Positions 51,453 through 61,309 of a stretch of DNA of 64,000 bases are shown here, in pieces; the first letter of the stretch is position 1; each line of letters opens with the position of its first letter. The position numbers and the translations under genes are program-made. Origin of the DNA: an uncultured bacterium (GTDB lineage Bacteria > Chloroflexota > UBA5177 > JANWHV01); contig CAWHAE010000012.1 in NCBI GenBank assembly GCA_963827235.1, forward strand, positions 672,001 to 736,000. The letters are read 5' to 3'. The notes beneath the pieces were generated by a model. That model was not told the origin of the DNA. It saw only the letters and a program-made list of their open reading frames with translations, and searched no databases.

Positions 51453-51476
51453 TGATTAGGGATTGGATGGCAGGAC

Positions 51477-52019
51477 ATGGGAATGGAGGCGAAGGCATCG
51501 CGTGCAGAGCTCGGCTTTCGCTCAACGGCCGCGGTGCTGGCATGGTTGCGCTTGGCCCGAGTGTTTCAACGCATCGCGCAACTCTCGAGTGAGCACCTCA
51601 AGCCCTGGAGCCTGAGCAGCGCTCAATTCGATGTGCTGGCGCAGGTCGGCAGAGCACAGGGAATCAACCAGCAGGACTTGGCTGCGGCGCTTCTGGTGAC
51701 CAAGGGTAATATCTGCCAGCTGCTCGATCGCATGGAGCGCGACGGACTGGTGCGCCGGGTTCCCGATGGGAGGTCAAACAAGCTGTTTCTCACCGAGCCG
51801 GGGCACATACTCTTTTCCAGGGTTGTCCCGGCTCAGGAAGCAGCAATCGACGACATGTTGTCGTCGCTGACTAGTATTGAGCAGCTCCAGCTATTCAGGC
51901 TGCTCGGCAAGTTGAACCGCTCACTCTCGAGCGGTAAAGACGTACGAGGGACCCAAGGGAGGAAGATCAGGGATGACGACTCAGGCAGAACCGCAGACTA
52001 TCACGTGGGTGATCGATAA
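51477..52019 (+). CDS. MarR family transcriptional regulator
   Basis: LSSAQFDVL..GINQQDLA..VTKGNI..LLDRMERDGLVRR..LTE.G pattern. Confidence 0.92.
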   Translation: MGMEAKASRAELGFRSTAAVLAWLRLARVFQRIAQLSSEHLKPWSLSSAQFDVLAQVGRAQGINQQDLAAALLVTKGNICQLLDRMERDGLVRRVPDGRSNKLFLTEPGHILFSRVVPAQEAAIDDMLSSLTSIEQLQLFRLLGKLNRSLSSGKDVRGTQGRKIRDDDSGRTADYHVGDR

Positions 52020-52524
52020 GGCACATTCGGAGATCGAGTTTGCCGTCAAACACATGATGTTCAGCACCGTGAAGGGCCAGTTCACGGAGTTCAGCGGCAC
52101 GATCGTCGAGGACACGTCGAATCCGTCGCGCTCCTCCGTAGACGTCACCATCGACGTTGCGAGTATCAGCACACGCGATGCGAAGCGCGACGAGCACCTT
52201 CGCTCGGGTGACTTCTTCCTGGCTGAGCAGCATCCGACCATCACCTTCAAGAGCACGGGCGTCTCTGCCCCGGCAAAAGACCGCCTGAGCGTAACCGGCG
52301 ACCTGTCAGTCCGTGGTACAACCCGCCCGGTCACCCTGGACGTCTCTCGGACCGGCTCGGGCAAGAATCCCTGGGGCCAGGAGGTCGCCGGATTCAGTGC
52401 TACGACGCAGATCAATCGCAAGGACTTCGGCCTGGAGTGGAACGTCGCCTTGGAAGCAGGCGGCGTGCTGGTGGGCGAGGCGGTCAAGATCTCGCTCGAG
52501 ATCGAAGCGACCAAGCAGGCATAG
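51973..52524 (+). CDS. YceI family polyisoprenoid-binding protein
   Basis: W.ID.AHS.I.F.VKHMM, RDEHLRS.DFF and INRKDFGLEWN motifs. Confidence 0.95.
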   Translation: MTTQAEPQTITWVIDKAHSEIEFAVKHMMFSTVKGQFTEFSGTIVEDTSNPSRSSVDVTIDVASISTRDAKRDEHLRSGDFFLAEQHPTITFKSTGVSAPAKDRLSVTGDLSVRGTTRPVTLDVSRTGSGKNPWGQEVAGFSATTQINRKDFGLEWNVALEAGGVLVGEAVKISLEIEATKQA

Positions 52525-52588
52525 GCTGATCGGGTCAGGCGCTCTGGGCCTGCTCAGGTCGTGACTGAATCGAGATGCGATAGCAGAG

Positions 52589-52622
52589 AGCCCTCCGGCA
52601 CCGTGCGCCGGAGGGCTTCTTC
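52589..52622 (+). terminator. Intrinsic terminator after yceI
   Basis: AGCCCTCCGGC-ACCGTGC-GCCGGAGGGCT followed by TCTTC. Confidence 0.6.
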
Positions 52623-53113
52623 GTCGTGCGTCGTCCTGCCCTCCGGTCCCCGAGTGGACGACGTGGCCTGCACGTGACCGTCGATGTCCAGCCGCGCGCG
52701 GCGGGGAGCCTGGCTGCCTCTTGCAGTCCAGCTTCGTTCGGCTGGTACGGAGCGCGGCGAGCGGCCGAATGGCAGGCGCTTTCGCCGCCAGACCCGCCCG
52801 TCCGCTACCACGAGGTGCCAGCTGTCGGGACTGCTCGGGCTCGGGCATCGTGCCGCGCCATCCCTCTGCACGAGGCGAGCGAGGCGCTCTCGGTGCCGGT
52901 GCGCCGCGAACCCTGGCGCGCCCGGCGTACTCACCGGCAGGACCGTTCATCGCCTGGTACGCTTGAGGGTCACTGCAAGGGCGGAGCTCACCTCGACGCC
53001 GCAGATCGTGCCTTGGCCCCAATACAGAGGCAGAAGGCAAGGGTCTGTCATAAACCTACCGGCGGCGGTGCCTAGAATGTAAGTGAGCGCAGAGCCGGGC
53101 GGGCAACACAGCG

Positions 53114-53671
53114 ATGGACAGCGCAGCGGTAGGGTACGGCTGGATGCAGCAGGCGGGGGCAGCCGACGCGTTTGAGTGCCTCTTCCTGGCTCAGTATTCG
53201 CGCGTCGTGGCTGTTGCATACCGTATCGTGAACGACGTCGACGAAGCCGAAGACGTGGCACAGGAGGTATTTGCCGATTTCTGTCGCCGCCATATGGCCG
53301 ACGCTCCCTATGCGCCTGCCTGGCTGTACCGCGCCGCCGTGCACAGGGCGTTCAACGCCCTGCGCGGGAATCGACGGCGCTCTCGCCGTGAGGCCGAGCA
53401 CGAGCGCGATGCCGGCCAGATCGCACCCGGTCGTCCGCAGTCCGCCGACCCGCTATGTCACGTCGAGGCGACGGAAGCGCGACGGGAGGTTCGCTCGGCG
53501 CTGGCGCGCTTGCCTGAGAGAAGCGCCGCGATTCTCGCCCTTCGCTACAGCGGCTTGAGCTACGCGGAAGTAGCGTGTGCGCTCGGCGTGAAGACGAACC
53601 AGATTGGAACGTTGCTTCGCCGGGCGGAAGTCGCGTTGCGGAAGGAGATCGAGCGTGAGACACCTGTCTGA
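53114..53671 (+). CDS. ECF sigma factor
   Basis: AEDVAQEVF, AWLYR, LRYSGLSYAEVA and GTLLRRA motifs. Confidence 0.92.
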   Translation: MDSAAVGYGWMQQAGAADAFECLFLAQYSRVVAVAYRIVNDVDEAEDVAQEVFADFCRRHMADAPYAPAWLYRAAVHRAFNALRGNRRRSRREAEHERDAGQIAPGRPQSADPLCHVEATEARREVRSALARLPERSAAILALRYSGLSYAEVACALGVKTNQIGTLLRRAEVALRKEIERETPV

Positions 53672-54782
53672 CGGTATTCTCAGGCGTCTGATCGACGAGC
53701 CGTTCGCGGTGCCGATAAGCGAGCGCGTTCACGTGGACACCTGTCTCTCATGCAAGGGCCGGCTGGACCAGATCGCTCATGACGCGCGGGCGGTCTCCGA
53801 GATTCTCGGCTCCCTGCCGCGGGTCAATCGTGCCGTTGCGCTGCACTCGTTTCACCGCGCGGTCACGGAGCCTGCTGGCGGCACGCTGCGCCGGCGCCTG
53901 TCTACTCTCCGCCCCAATGTGGCTGGCGGTGGCCAATTGAGCAGTCGACCATGGCGATTGCCCGCCGTATTTGCCATGGTGGCGGCAGCGGTGCTGATCT
54001 GCGCTCTCACGCCGGCTGGCTCGGTAGCGCATGACTTTCTCACGGCATTCCAGCCTACGTCCTACAGCCTGGTGCCGGTAACTACCAGCGAATTACAGGC
54101 ACTACCCAACCTCTCGGACTTCGGCCTGATGACCAGCGCGCCGAACAGCTCCCACCATCGCGCGGACAGCGCGGTTGCGGCCGGCCGGCTGGCGGGCATG
54201 CACGTGGCCGTTCCCGCCGGTCCTCCGCCTGGCGTACCCCTCAGCGTGACCTACGACGTGCTCCAGCCTACCTGGACCGCCTTTGAGTTCAGCTCTATCG
54301 TCGCGAGGGCCAGCGTGGCAAGGACGGGCCACGCGCTGCCGCCAATGCCGGCTCAGATCGATCACAGTAGCCTGCGCATAGCAGTCGGCCCCGTCGTGCT
54401 CACGAGATATGGTCCGCCGGCGCTGCGTGAGCACACCGTGCCCGCGCTTGTCGTCGTCCAGGCGCCGCGTCCGCTGCTCACGTCCTCCGGTGCGCCGGTC
54501 ACGGCGATCGAACAGTACCTGCTCGCACTGCCCGGCGTTTCGCCACAGCTTCGAGAGCAGATCAAAGCAATCGGCGACCCCAGCGTGACTCTGCCGATTC
54601 CCATCCCAATCGAAGCCTTCACTGCGGATAAGGTCACCGTCCAGGGCGTGCCGGGCCTGGCGTTCGGCGACTCCACCAACCTGGGCAGCGGCGTGCTTTG
54701 GCAGAAGAACGGCATGGTGTACGCCGTTGCCGGGGCCATGCCGGAGAGCCAGGTCGTGAGCATCGCGGAGTCTCTCCGGTGA
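53655..54782 (+). CDS. Membrane-anchored zinc-binding anti-sigma factor
   Basis: HL..G.LRR..HVDTCLSC ZAS motif, single TM segment, extracytoplasmic C-domain ending ..LSIAESLR-like. Confidence 0.8.
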   Translation: MRHLSDGILRRLIDEPFAVPISERVHVDTCLSCKGRLDQIAHDARAVSEILGSLPRVNRAVALHSFHRAVTEPAGGTLRRRLSTLRPNVAGGGQLSSRPWRLPAVFAMVAAAVLICALTPAGSVAHDFLTAFQPTSYSLVPVTTSELQALPNLSDFGLMTSAPNSSHHRADSAVAAGRLAGMHVAVPAGPPPGVPLSVTYDVLQPTWTAFEFSSIVARASVARTGHALPPMPAQIDHSSLRIAVGPVVLTRYGPPALREHTVPALVVVQAPRPLLTSSGAPVTAIEQYLLALPGVSPQLREQIKAIGDPSVTLPIPIPIEAFTADKVTVQGVPGLAFGDSTNLGSGVLWQKNGMVYAVAGAMPESQVVSIAESLR

Positions 54783-55789
54783 GCGGGGCCCGCGGCGCCT
54801 ATCCGCCGGCGAACTCAGGTGCGGCGCAGAACATCGGGACGGCGGATGCCGTGGCAGCAATTCACCTGATTGGCCTTGGCAAGCGCTATCGGCACGTAAC
54901 TGCGCTCTCCGGGCTCAGCATGACGGTAACCAGAGGCGAAGTCTTCGGCTTCCTGGGGCCAAACGGTGCCGGCAAGACGACGGCTGTGAAGCTTCTCCTT
55001 GGCCTTGCCTGCCCGAGCTCGGGCGAGGGGTACGTGCTCGGCGCTCCCCTGGGTGACCTGGCGGCCCGAAGGCGTATCGGCTACCTGCCCGAGCTGTTTC
55101 GCTACCAGGACTGGATGACGGCTCGCGAGGTGCTCGCCTTCCACTGCTCGCTGGCTCGCATTCCGCGAGTTCGGTGGGCACGCTGTGTCGATACCGCCCT
55201 GGGCCTGGTCGGGTTGATCGGGCGGGACAACGACCGCGTGGGCACCTTCTCGAAGGGCATGCAACAGCGCCTCGGACTAGGCGTGGCACTGCTCGGCGAG
55301 CCGGATCTCGTGCTTCTCGACGAGCCGACCTCGGCGCTCGACCCGGTCGGTCGGCACGATGTGCGCGAGATCATCCACGCGCTCAAGGCGCGTGGCGCCA
55401 CCGTCTTCCTCAACTCTCATCTGCTGACCGAAGTAGAGCACGTGTGCGATCGCGTGGCTATAGTCGACCGCGGCCGCCTGATCGCCATCAGCCGCGTCTC
55501 GGAGCTGACGGAGGACGCTCACGCAGTGCGCATCCGCTGTTCGTCTTTGGGCAGTGAGGAGCTCGGCCACCTGACCGGCTTCGGCGATGCCTCCCTGGAC
55601 AACGGCTGGTATGTCGTGCGCGGTGTGCCCGCCGCGGGCGTTCCCGATCTGGTGGTCGCGCTGGTCGCACTCGGTGCGCGCATCTACGCGGTTGAGCCGG
55701 TGAAACAGACGCTCGAGCAGAGCTTCCTTGAAGTGTTGAAGGGATCGCGGGATGCCGCTGCTGATCATCGCTCGCCTGACGCTGTTTGA
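54779..55789 (+). CDS. ABC transporter ATP-binding protein
   Basis: GPNGAGKTT, FSKGM, LLDEPT and SH motifs. Confidence 0.95.
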   Translation: MSGARGAYPPANSGAAQNIGTADAVAAIHLIGLGKRYRHVTALSGLSMTVTRGEVFGFLGPNGAGKTTAVKLLLGLACPSSGEGYVLGAPLGDLAARRRIGYLPELFRYQDWMTAREVLAFHCSLARIPRVRWARCVDTALGLVGLIGRDNDRVGTFSKGMQQRLGLGVALLGEPDLVLLDEPTSALDPVGRHDVREIIHALKARGATVFLNSHLLTEVEHVCDRVAIVDRGRLIAISRVSELTEDAHAVRIRCSSLGSEELGHLTGFGDASLDNGWYVVRGVPAAGVPDLVVALVALGARIYAVEPVKQTLEQSFLEVLKGSRDAAADHRSPDAV

Positions 55790-56594
55790 GGCGGTGCGCC
55801 GCCGGCTGGTGCTGGCCGTAATCGTTCTCACGCCGATCGTGGTCGGCGTCACCGGATGGGGCTTCGCCAGATTATCGGACCTCAAGGACGCCAACGGGAT
55901 TCCGTTGAGCGCAAGCGAGCTGACGCTGAACTATGCGCTGTTCGTCGTCCTGATAGCCTTCATGTTTAGCGTTGTGCTGGCGGTCGGATCGGTCTTCCTG
56001 GCGGCGCCGGCGATCGCTTCCGACCTGGAATCCGGCCTGGCGCTTGCCGTCTTTACGAGGCCGATCCGGCGGAGCTCCATCCTGCTGGGCAAGTGGCTGG
56101 GTCTCGGCATGCTGGTCTCCGTGTACGCGTCGAGTACCACGGCGCTGGAACTGGCGACGATCGACATGGCGACCGGATACGTGCCGCCGCACCCCGTCTA
56201 TGCAGTCATATTCATCATCTGGCAGAGCCTTGTCATGCTCACGCTCGCCATGGCCATCAGCACCCGCCTGGCCCCTATGACCTGCGGCGTGGTGCTGGTC
56301 GTGCTGTTCGGCGCCACGTGGATTATTGGCGTTGCGCAGGCAATCGGCTCGTCCTTCAACAACGATGCGATCGTCACCGCGGGCACCATCGTGAGCCTGA
56401 TCCTACCGACCGATGGGCTCTGGCGAGGCGCGGTGTACAACCTGGAGCCGGCGGTGGTGAGAGTGGTCGGACTGCGAGTCGATCCTCTGGGCGTGACGGG
56501 AGCGCCGACGCCCGCCTACCTGGCCTGGGCGCTTTGCTGGATCGGGCTGACTCTCCTGAGCGGCATCTGGAGCCTGAATCGACGAGACATCTGA
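55752..56594 (+). CDS. ABC-2 type permease
   Basis: About 6 TM segments; DLESG..RPIRR..ILLGKWLG motif. Confidence 0.9.
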   Translation: MPLLIIARLTLFEAVRRRLVLAVIVLTPIVVGVTGWGFARLSDLKDANGIPLSASELTLNYALFVVLIAFMFSVVLAVGSVFLAAPAIASDLESGLALAVFTRPIRRSSILLGKWLGLGMLVSVYASSTTALELATIDMATGYVPPHPVYAVIFIIWQSLVMLTLAMAISTRLAPMTCGVVLVVLFGATWIIGVAQAIGSSFNNDAIVTAGTIVSLILPTDGLWRGAVYNLEPAVVRVVGLRVDPLGVTGAPTPAYLAWALCWIGLTLLSGIWSLNRRDI

Positions 56595-56713
56595 GCTGCC
56601 CCTCGAGACCGACCGGACGGCCGCGCCTCGCTTGCAGTATCCTAGCCGGTGGCAATCCGCCTGGGCTTTGATCGGCGGGAGCGCGGTCTCCGATCGTGAT
56701 GGGAAGGTAAGCG

Positions 56714-58042
56714 ATGATATCTTCAGAACGGCCACATGCTGACGTGCTGCGGGACGTTGTGCGTCGGCACAAGAGCGGCGAGCTGATCGGCATCCACTCC
56801 ATCTGCTCCGCGCATCCGCAGGTACTGGAAGCGTGCATGGCGGAAGTCCGCGCGAGCAACGATCTGTTGCTGATCGAGGCGACGTCAAACCAGGTCAATC
56901 AGTTTGGCGGCTACACCGGCATGTCCCCGGCGCAGTTCGCCCGATACGTGCGTGATCTCGCAGCCACGACGGGCCTGGGGCCCGATCGCCTGATCCTGGG
57001 GGGCGACCATCTCGGGCCCAACGCCTGGCGCACCGAGCCCGCTGCCAGCGCCATGGAGAAGGCCTGCACGATGGTGCGCGACTACGTGCACTCCGGCTTT
57101 CACAAGATCCATCTGGACGCGAGCATGCGCTGCTCCGGCGACCCTGGAGACACGCACTCGGCGCTCCCGGAGGAGACTGTTGCCGCGCGCGCGGCGGAGC
57201 TTTGCGCCGCGGCAGAAGAGGCTCATACGGCGGCCGCCCGCGGCGGGCCTTCGCCGGCGTACGTGATCGGGACCGAGGTGCCTATTCCGGGCGGTACCCG
57301 CGAAGCCGGTGAAGCGCCCGCGGTGACCACGCCAGGGGCGATGAGGCAGACGATCGCAGTTACCAGAGAGGCGTTCAGGGCGCGCGACCTTCAGGCAGCC
57401 TGGGAGAGGGTGATTGCCGTGGTGGTGCAGCCGGGCGTCGAGTTTGGCGACGACTTCGTATTCGACTACCATCCGGACGGCGCTGCTTCCCTGTCGCGAG
57501 CGATCGAGGAAGAGCCAAACCTCGTGTTCGAGGCGCACTCCACCGACTACCAGCGTCCGGAGTCGTTGCGGAAGTTGGTCGTGGATCACTTTGCCGTGCT
57601 CAAGGTCGGCCCAGCGCTGACCTTCGCCTTCCGCGAAGCCGTATTCGCGCTCGAGCTAATCGAGCGTGAGTGGCTGGAAGGCAGGTCGCCCGTCGAGCTC
57701 TCGCACCTGCGCCGCACCCTGGAGCAGGCGATGCTCGAGGCTCCGTCAAACTGGAAGCCGTACTATCACGGCGACGAGGATGAGCAGCGGCTGGCCCGCG
57801 GGTTCAGCTTCTCGGACAGGATCCGGTACTACTGGCCCGATCCACGCGTGCAGGCGGCGCTGACGCGCCTGATCGCCAACCTTAGCGCGGGGCCGATTCC
57901 GGCGGTGCTGATCAGCCAGTTCCTGCCCCGGCAATTCGAAGCAGTGCGCGAAGGCACCCTGGCAAGCCAGCCGTTGGAGATGGTACGCCACAAGGTCAAC
58001 GAGGTCACGCAGACTTATGCGCGAGCGTGCGGCCGGCGGTGA
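56714..58042 (+). CDS. GatZ/KbaZ family (tagatose-bisphosphate aldolase accessory subunit / tagatose-6-phosphate 4-epimerase)
   Basis: SICSAHP, IEATSNQVNQFGGYTG, GGDHLGP, EAHSTDYQ and SDRIRYYW motifs. Confidence 0.93.
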   Translation: MISSERPHADVLRDVVRRHKSGELIGIHSICSAHPQVLEACMAEVRASNDLLLIEATSNQVNQFGGYTGMSPAQFARYVRDLAATTGLGPDRLILGGDHLGPNAWRTEPAASAMEKACTMVRDYVHSGFHKIHLDASMRCSGDPGDTHSALPEETVAARAAELCAAAEEAHTAAARGGPSPAYVIGTEVPIPGGTREAGEAPAVTTPGAMRQTIAVTREAFRARDLQAAWERVIAVVVQPGVEFGDDFVFDYHPDGAASLSRAIEEEPNLVFEAHSTDYQRPESLRKLVVDHFAVLKVGPALTFAFREAVFALELIEREWLEGRSPVELSHLRRTLEQAMLEAPSNWKPYYHGDEDEQRLARGFSFSDRIRYYWPDPRVQAALTRLIANLSAGPIPAVLISQFLPRQFEAVREGTLASQPLEMVRHKVNEVTQTYARACGRR

Positions 58043-58096
58043 GCCTCGCGGGTAGGCGGGCAGTGGCTGGCGCCTGAGCAAGGGTCCGCAACGTTC

Positions 58097-59251
58097 TCAC
58101 CCAACCCACGGCGCCGGCGGAGCTTCCCGCCTCCGCGGCAGCCGGAGACCGGCGGCGTACGTGGCGCGATTGACCAGTCGCACCGCGCCGCGCCGCGTCT
58201 GCGCCATCGTATCCTGAAACTCGAAGGGCCCCTCCTCGATCTCGAACACCGCGATGTCCGCCCTGGCACCAACGCCGAGGGTGCCGAGATCGTCGCGGCC
58301 GATTGCCCTTGCTGGGCGCACGGTGGCGCACGCGATCACGTCGTCCAAGCTCATGCCCAGGTTGAGGAACTTGGAGAGCGTGGTCGGCAGATCGCGTAGC
58401 GGTCCGCTCCGGCTGAGCTGATGGATGTCGCTGCTGATCACGTCGGGCGTGACCCCGGCGCCCAGAAGCGCTTCCGCGGAGGCAAAGCTGAAACTGCCGC
58501 CGCCGTGGCCGATATCCAGAAGCACGCCGCGCTCGCGCATGCGCTGCGCGACAGGACGCAACCCTCCGGATCCGTCCACCAGGCGATTGTCTTGCCCCGT
58601 GAAGCAATGGGTGAGAATGTCGCCGCCGTTCAGGTATGCAGCTATTTCCTCCAGGTGCGGAGGCGCCGTGGCGATGTGCACCATCAGCGGCAAGCCGGTG
58701 CGATCGGCAAGCGCCCGCGCTCGAGCAAGGCCTTCAAGGCCCGCCTCTCGTGTCGTCCACCTGTCGACGCGCGCCTTGATGCCCCGAATGCAGTCCCGGT
58801 TTGCTTCAACGGTGGCCTCGCCGGCTGCTACGTCGCAGTAGTCGAGGCTGGCGAGCTCGCCGGTGGGAGCGACGAGGCCTATCGTGCTGACGTTGAGGAA
58901 GGAGTAAACGAGGCTCGAGCTGGCCTCGACGACGTAGCGCCGGAACGCGGGAAAGTTGTAGGCACCCGCGCTGCCCGCGTCAACCCAGGTGGTGACGCCG
59001 GTGCGGGCAGCCACCGGATCCGGCTCGATGCCCCAATACGTGGCACCCCAGTAGCAATGTGTGTGCAGGTCGACCAGACCCGGAGTCACCAGCTTGCCAC
59101 GCAGGTCCACCACCCGGCCTGCTTCCGTGCCGGGCAACGCGCTGGCCACGGCCTCTATACGACCGTCACGCACAGCCACGTCCATCTGGCCGTGAACGGT
59201 GTGCGCCGGATCGACGACGGTTCCACCCTGCAACAGCAAGTCGTATGACAT
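58097..59251 (-). CDS. Amidohydrolase/deacetylase family metallohydrolase (dihydroorotase-like)
   Basis: PGLVDLHTH, DAGSAG, MVHI, GDILTH, DIGHG.GSF and ISSD.H motifs. Confidence 0.9.
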   Translation of the reverse strand: MSYDLLLQGGTVVDPAHTVHGQMDVAVRDGRIEAVASALPGTEAGRVVDLRGKLVTPGLVDLHTHCYWGATYWGIEPDPVAARTGVTTWVDAGSAGAYNFPAFRRYVVEASSSLVYSFLNVSTIGLVAPTGELASLDYCDVAAGEATVEANRDCIRGIKARVDRWTTREAGLEGLARARALADRTGLPLMVHIATAPPHLEEIAAYLNGGDILTHCFTGQDNRLVDGSGGLRPVAQRMRERGVLLDIGHGGGSFSFASAEALLGAGVTPDVISSDIHQLSRSGPLRDLPTTLSKFLNLGMSLDDVIACATVRPARAIGRDDLGTLGVGARADIAVFEIEEGPFEFQDTMAQTRRGAVRLVNRATYAAGLRLPRRREAPPAPWVG

Positions 59252-59606
59252 GATGTCTTGCTCTCTCCTCTCCCGACCAGTGGAGGAGATGGTACACCGC
59301 TCGGAAGGTAATCGCCGGCTCATTTGGCGCGGGCGTGCCGGCGGCTGCTCCCACCACGTGTGCACTGTAGCGCGGTGGCAACGCCTCGACCAGCACCGGC
59401 ACCTCACCCAGCACGCCTGCTGGCCGCGGTCCACACATCTTGTTCCGCGATCTCCCGTCGCTTCGGTCTGGGCTGCCATGCTCAAGAGACGGGGACACCA
59501 CCACCGCGCAATTCGCCGGGCGCTCCCACGGTGCCGTCGGAACGACGATCTGCGCTGCTCGAAGACGCGGAGCATCCGAGTACACTAGGTCAGGAGGTGT
59601 AGTCGC

Positions 59607-60377
59607 ATGCTACGCGGTCTGTCCAAAGATGCGCTTGCCGAGGCGCGAGAAATCGTGTGCGCCACGGAGAATCTACTTGTCATAACTGGCGCCGGCATGT
59701 CGGCCGAGTGCGGCATTCCGACCTTTCGCGACCCTGGTGGCGAGGAGGATTGGGACACCCTGGCACAGACGCTGGCCACGGCCGAAGGATTCGCCGCCGA
59801 TCCCCAGCGCGTTTGGTCCTGGTACGCCGACCGGCGTCGAACGGCGCTCGAAGCACCGCTCCATCCGGGCTACTCGGCGCTCGTGGAGTGGGAGCGACGG
59901 GCCTCGGTGCGTGTGGTGACGCAGAACGTGGACGGCCTGCACAGGCGAGCCGGCAACAGCACGGTCGTGGAGATGCACGGCAGCCTGCACCGGTTCATCT
60001 GCGCCGATCGCCGCCACGAGGTCACCGGTGTGGCGGACGCGCAGATCGTTCCCCGCTGCCCCCGCTGCGGGAGCTACGTACGGCCCGCAGTGGTATGGTT
60101 TGGCGAGATGCTGCCGGACGCTGCGGTTAGCGGGTCCGCCGCGGCGATCGACGGCGTGGGCGCGGTACTACTGGTGGGCACGTCGCTGCAGGTGTCGACC
60201 CCGACCGCTCTGCTCTGGCATGCCGACCGGCACGGTATCCCTATTGTCGAGGTCAATCCGGAGCCCGCTCTGCGATCGAACGGTTATGCGTGGCCGGGCT
60301 CCGGCATGCTTCACGCCGCGGTCACCCTGGCGGGCAGCGCCGGGACGGTGCTGCCCGCGCTGTTGGGTCAGCAGTAG
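59607..60377 (+). CDS. cobB: NAD-dependent protein deacylase (sirtuin)
   Basis: GAGMSAECGIPTFR, TQNVDGLH, HG, RPAVVWFGE and VGTS motifs. Confidence 0.9.
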   Translation: MLRGLSKDALAEAREIVCATENLLVITGAGMSAECGIPTFRDPGGEEDWDTLAQTLATAEGFAADPQRVWSWYADRRRTALEAPLHPGYSALVEWERRASVRVVTQNVDGLHRRAGNSTVVEMHGSLHRFICADRRHEVTGVADAQIVPRCPRCGSYVRPAVVWFGEMLPDAAVSGSAAAIDGVGAVLLVGTSLQVSTPTALLWHADRHGIPIVEVNPEPALRSNGYAWPGSGMLHAAVTLAGSAGTVLPALLGQQ

Positions 60378-60535
60378 ACGCTCCGCCGCCGGTAGTTGAC
60401 GACAGTGTTCGGGTGGTCGGCTCGATGGACGGCGGGGCGAACGAACCTTGCCTGTGGGAGACCGGCGGCATGGACAGGCCTCAGGTACCCTGGACGCAGA
60501 AGATGCGATGGAAGAATTCCACTGGGGTGATGCAC

Positions 60536-61309
60536 ATGAGTGATCAGCAGCAGGCGACGTATGCCGCTTTCTGGCTATACAAGACCCTTTCGGAGTGGCG
60601 CCGCATGGGTCACGCAGAGCGGGCTCGCATGAGGGACGGATTCGCCGCGGCACTGGACGCCGCGTCCGGCTCAGTGACCCTTCGAGGTGCCTACTCGCTG
60701 GCCGGCCTGCGCAGCGATGCGGACCTCATGCTCTGGGTGCACGGGCCCGATCTCGGGGATATGCAGGCGCTGGCCTTGGCTCTGCGCAGAAGTGACCTCG
60801 GCTCGTATCTGTCCGAGGCCTATTGCTATACGGGTATGGTGCCGGAATCGCAGTATGCGCCCGATCACAGGCCGGCTTTCACGAAGGGTCTGCCGCCGAG
60901 AACCTACCTGAGCATGTATCCATTCACCAAGACACATGAGTGGTACCGGCTGCCGTTCGAGCAACGCCGGCAACTGATGGCAGAACATGGCCGCATGGGA
61001 CGGAAGCATAGCGCTGTTCCGGAAGCGCGCCTCGATGGGCCGGCCCACGGTTCTTCGCAGGCGGGCATTGCCGTTGCCGCTCCGCCGGCCCCGGCCGCTC
61101 TGGGGCTCGTCCAGGCCAACACCATCCACTCCTTCGGTCTTGGCGACCAGGAGTTCGTGGTGGCGTTCGAGGCCGACGATCCGGCCGACATCATTCACAT
61201 GGTGGAGGATCTTAGGGCGGCAGAAGTGCGCCTCTATACCGCCGTGGACACTCCGATCTTCCTCGGGCGTCGCAAGGGCCTGCGAGAAGCGCTAGAGGAT
61301 CTGGGCTAG
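60536..61309 (+). CDS. chdC: Chlorite dismutase family / coproheme decarboxylase (ChdC/HemQ-like)
   Basis: GLRSDADLMLW, YPFTK..EWY.LP..R..LM.EHG and SFGLGDQEF motifs. Confidence 0.8.
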   Translation: MSDQQQATYAAFWLYKTLSEWRRMGHAERARMRDGFAAALDAASGSVTLRGAYSLAGLRSDADLMLWVHGPDLGDMQALALALRRSDLGSYLSEAYCYTGMVPESQYAPDHRPAFTKGLPPRTYLSMYPFTKTHEWYRLPFEQRRQLMAEHGRMGRKHSAVPEARLDGPAHGSSQAGIAVAAPPAPAALGLVQANTIHSFGLGDQEFVVAFEADDPADIIHMVEDLRAAEVRLYTAVDTPIFLGRRKGLREALEDLG

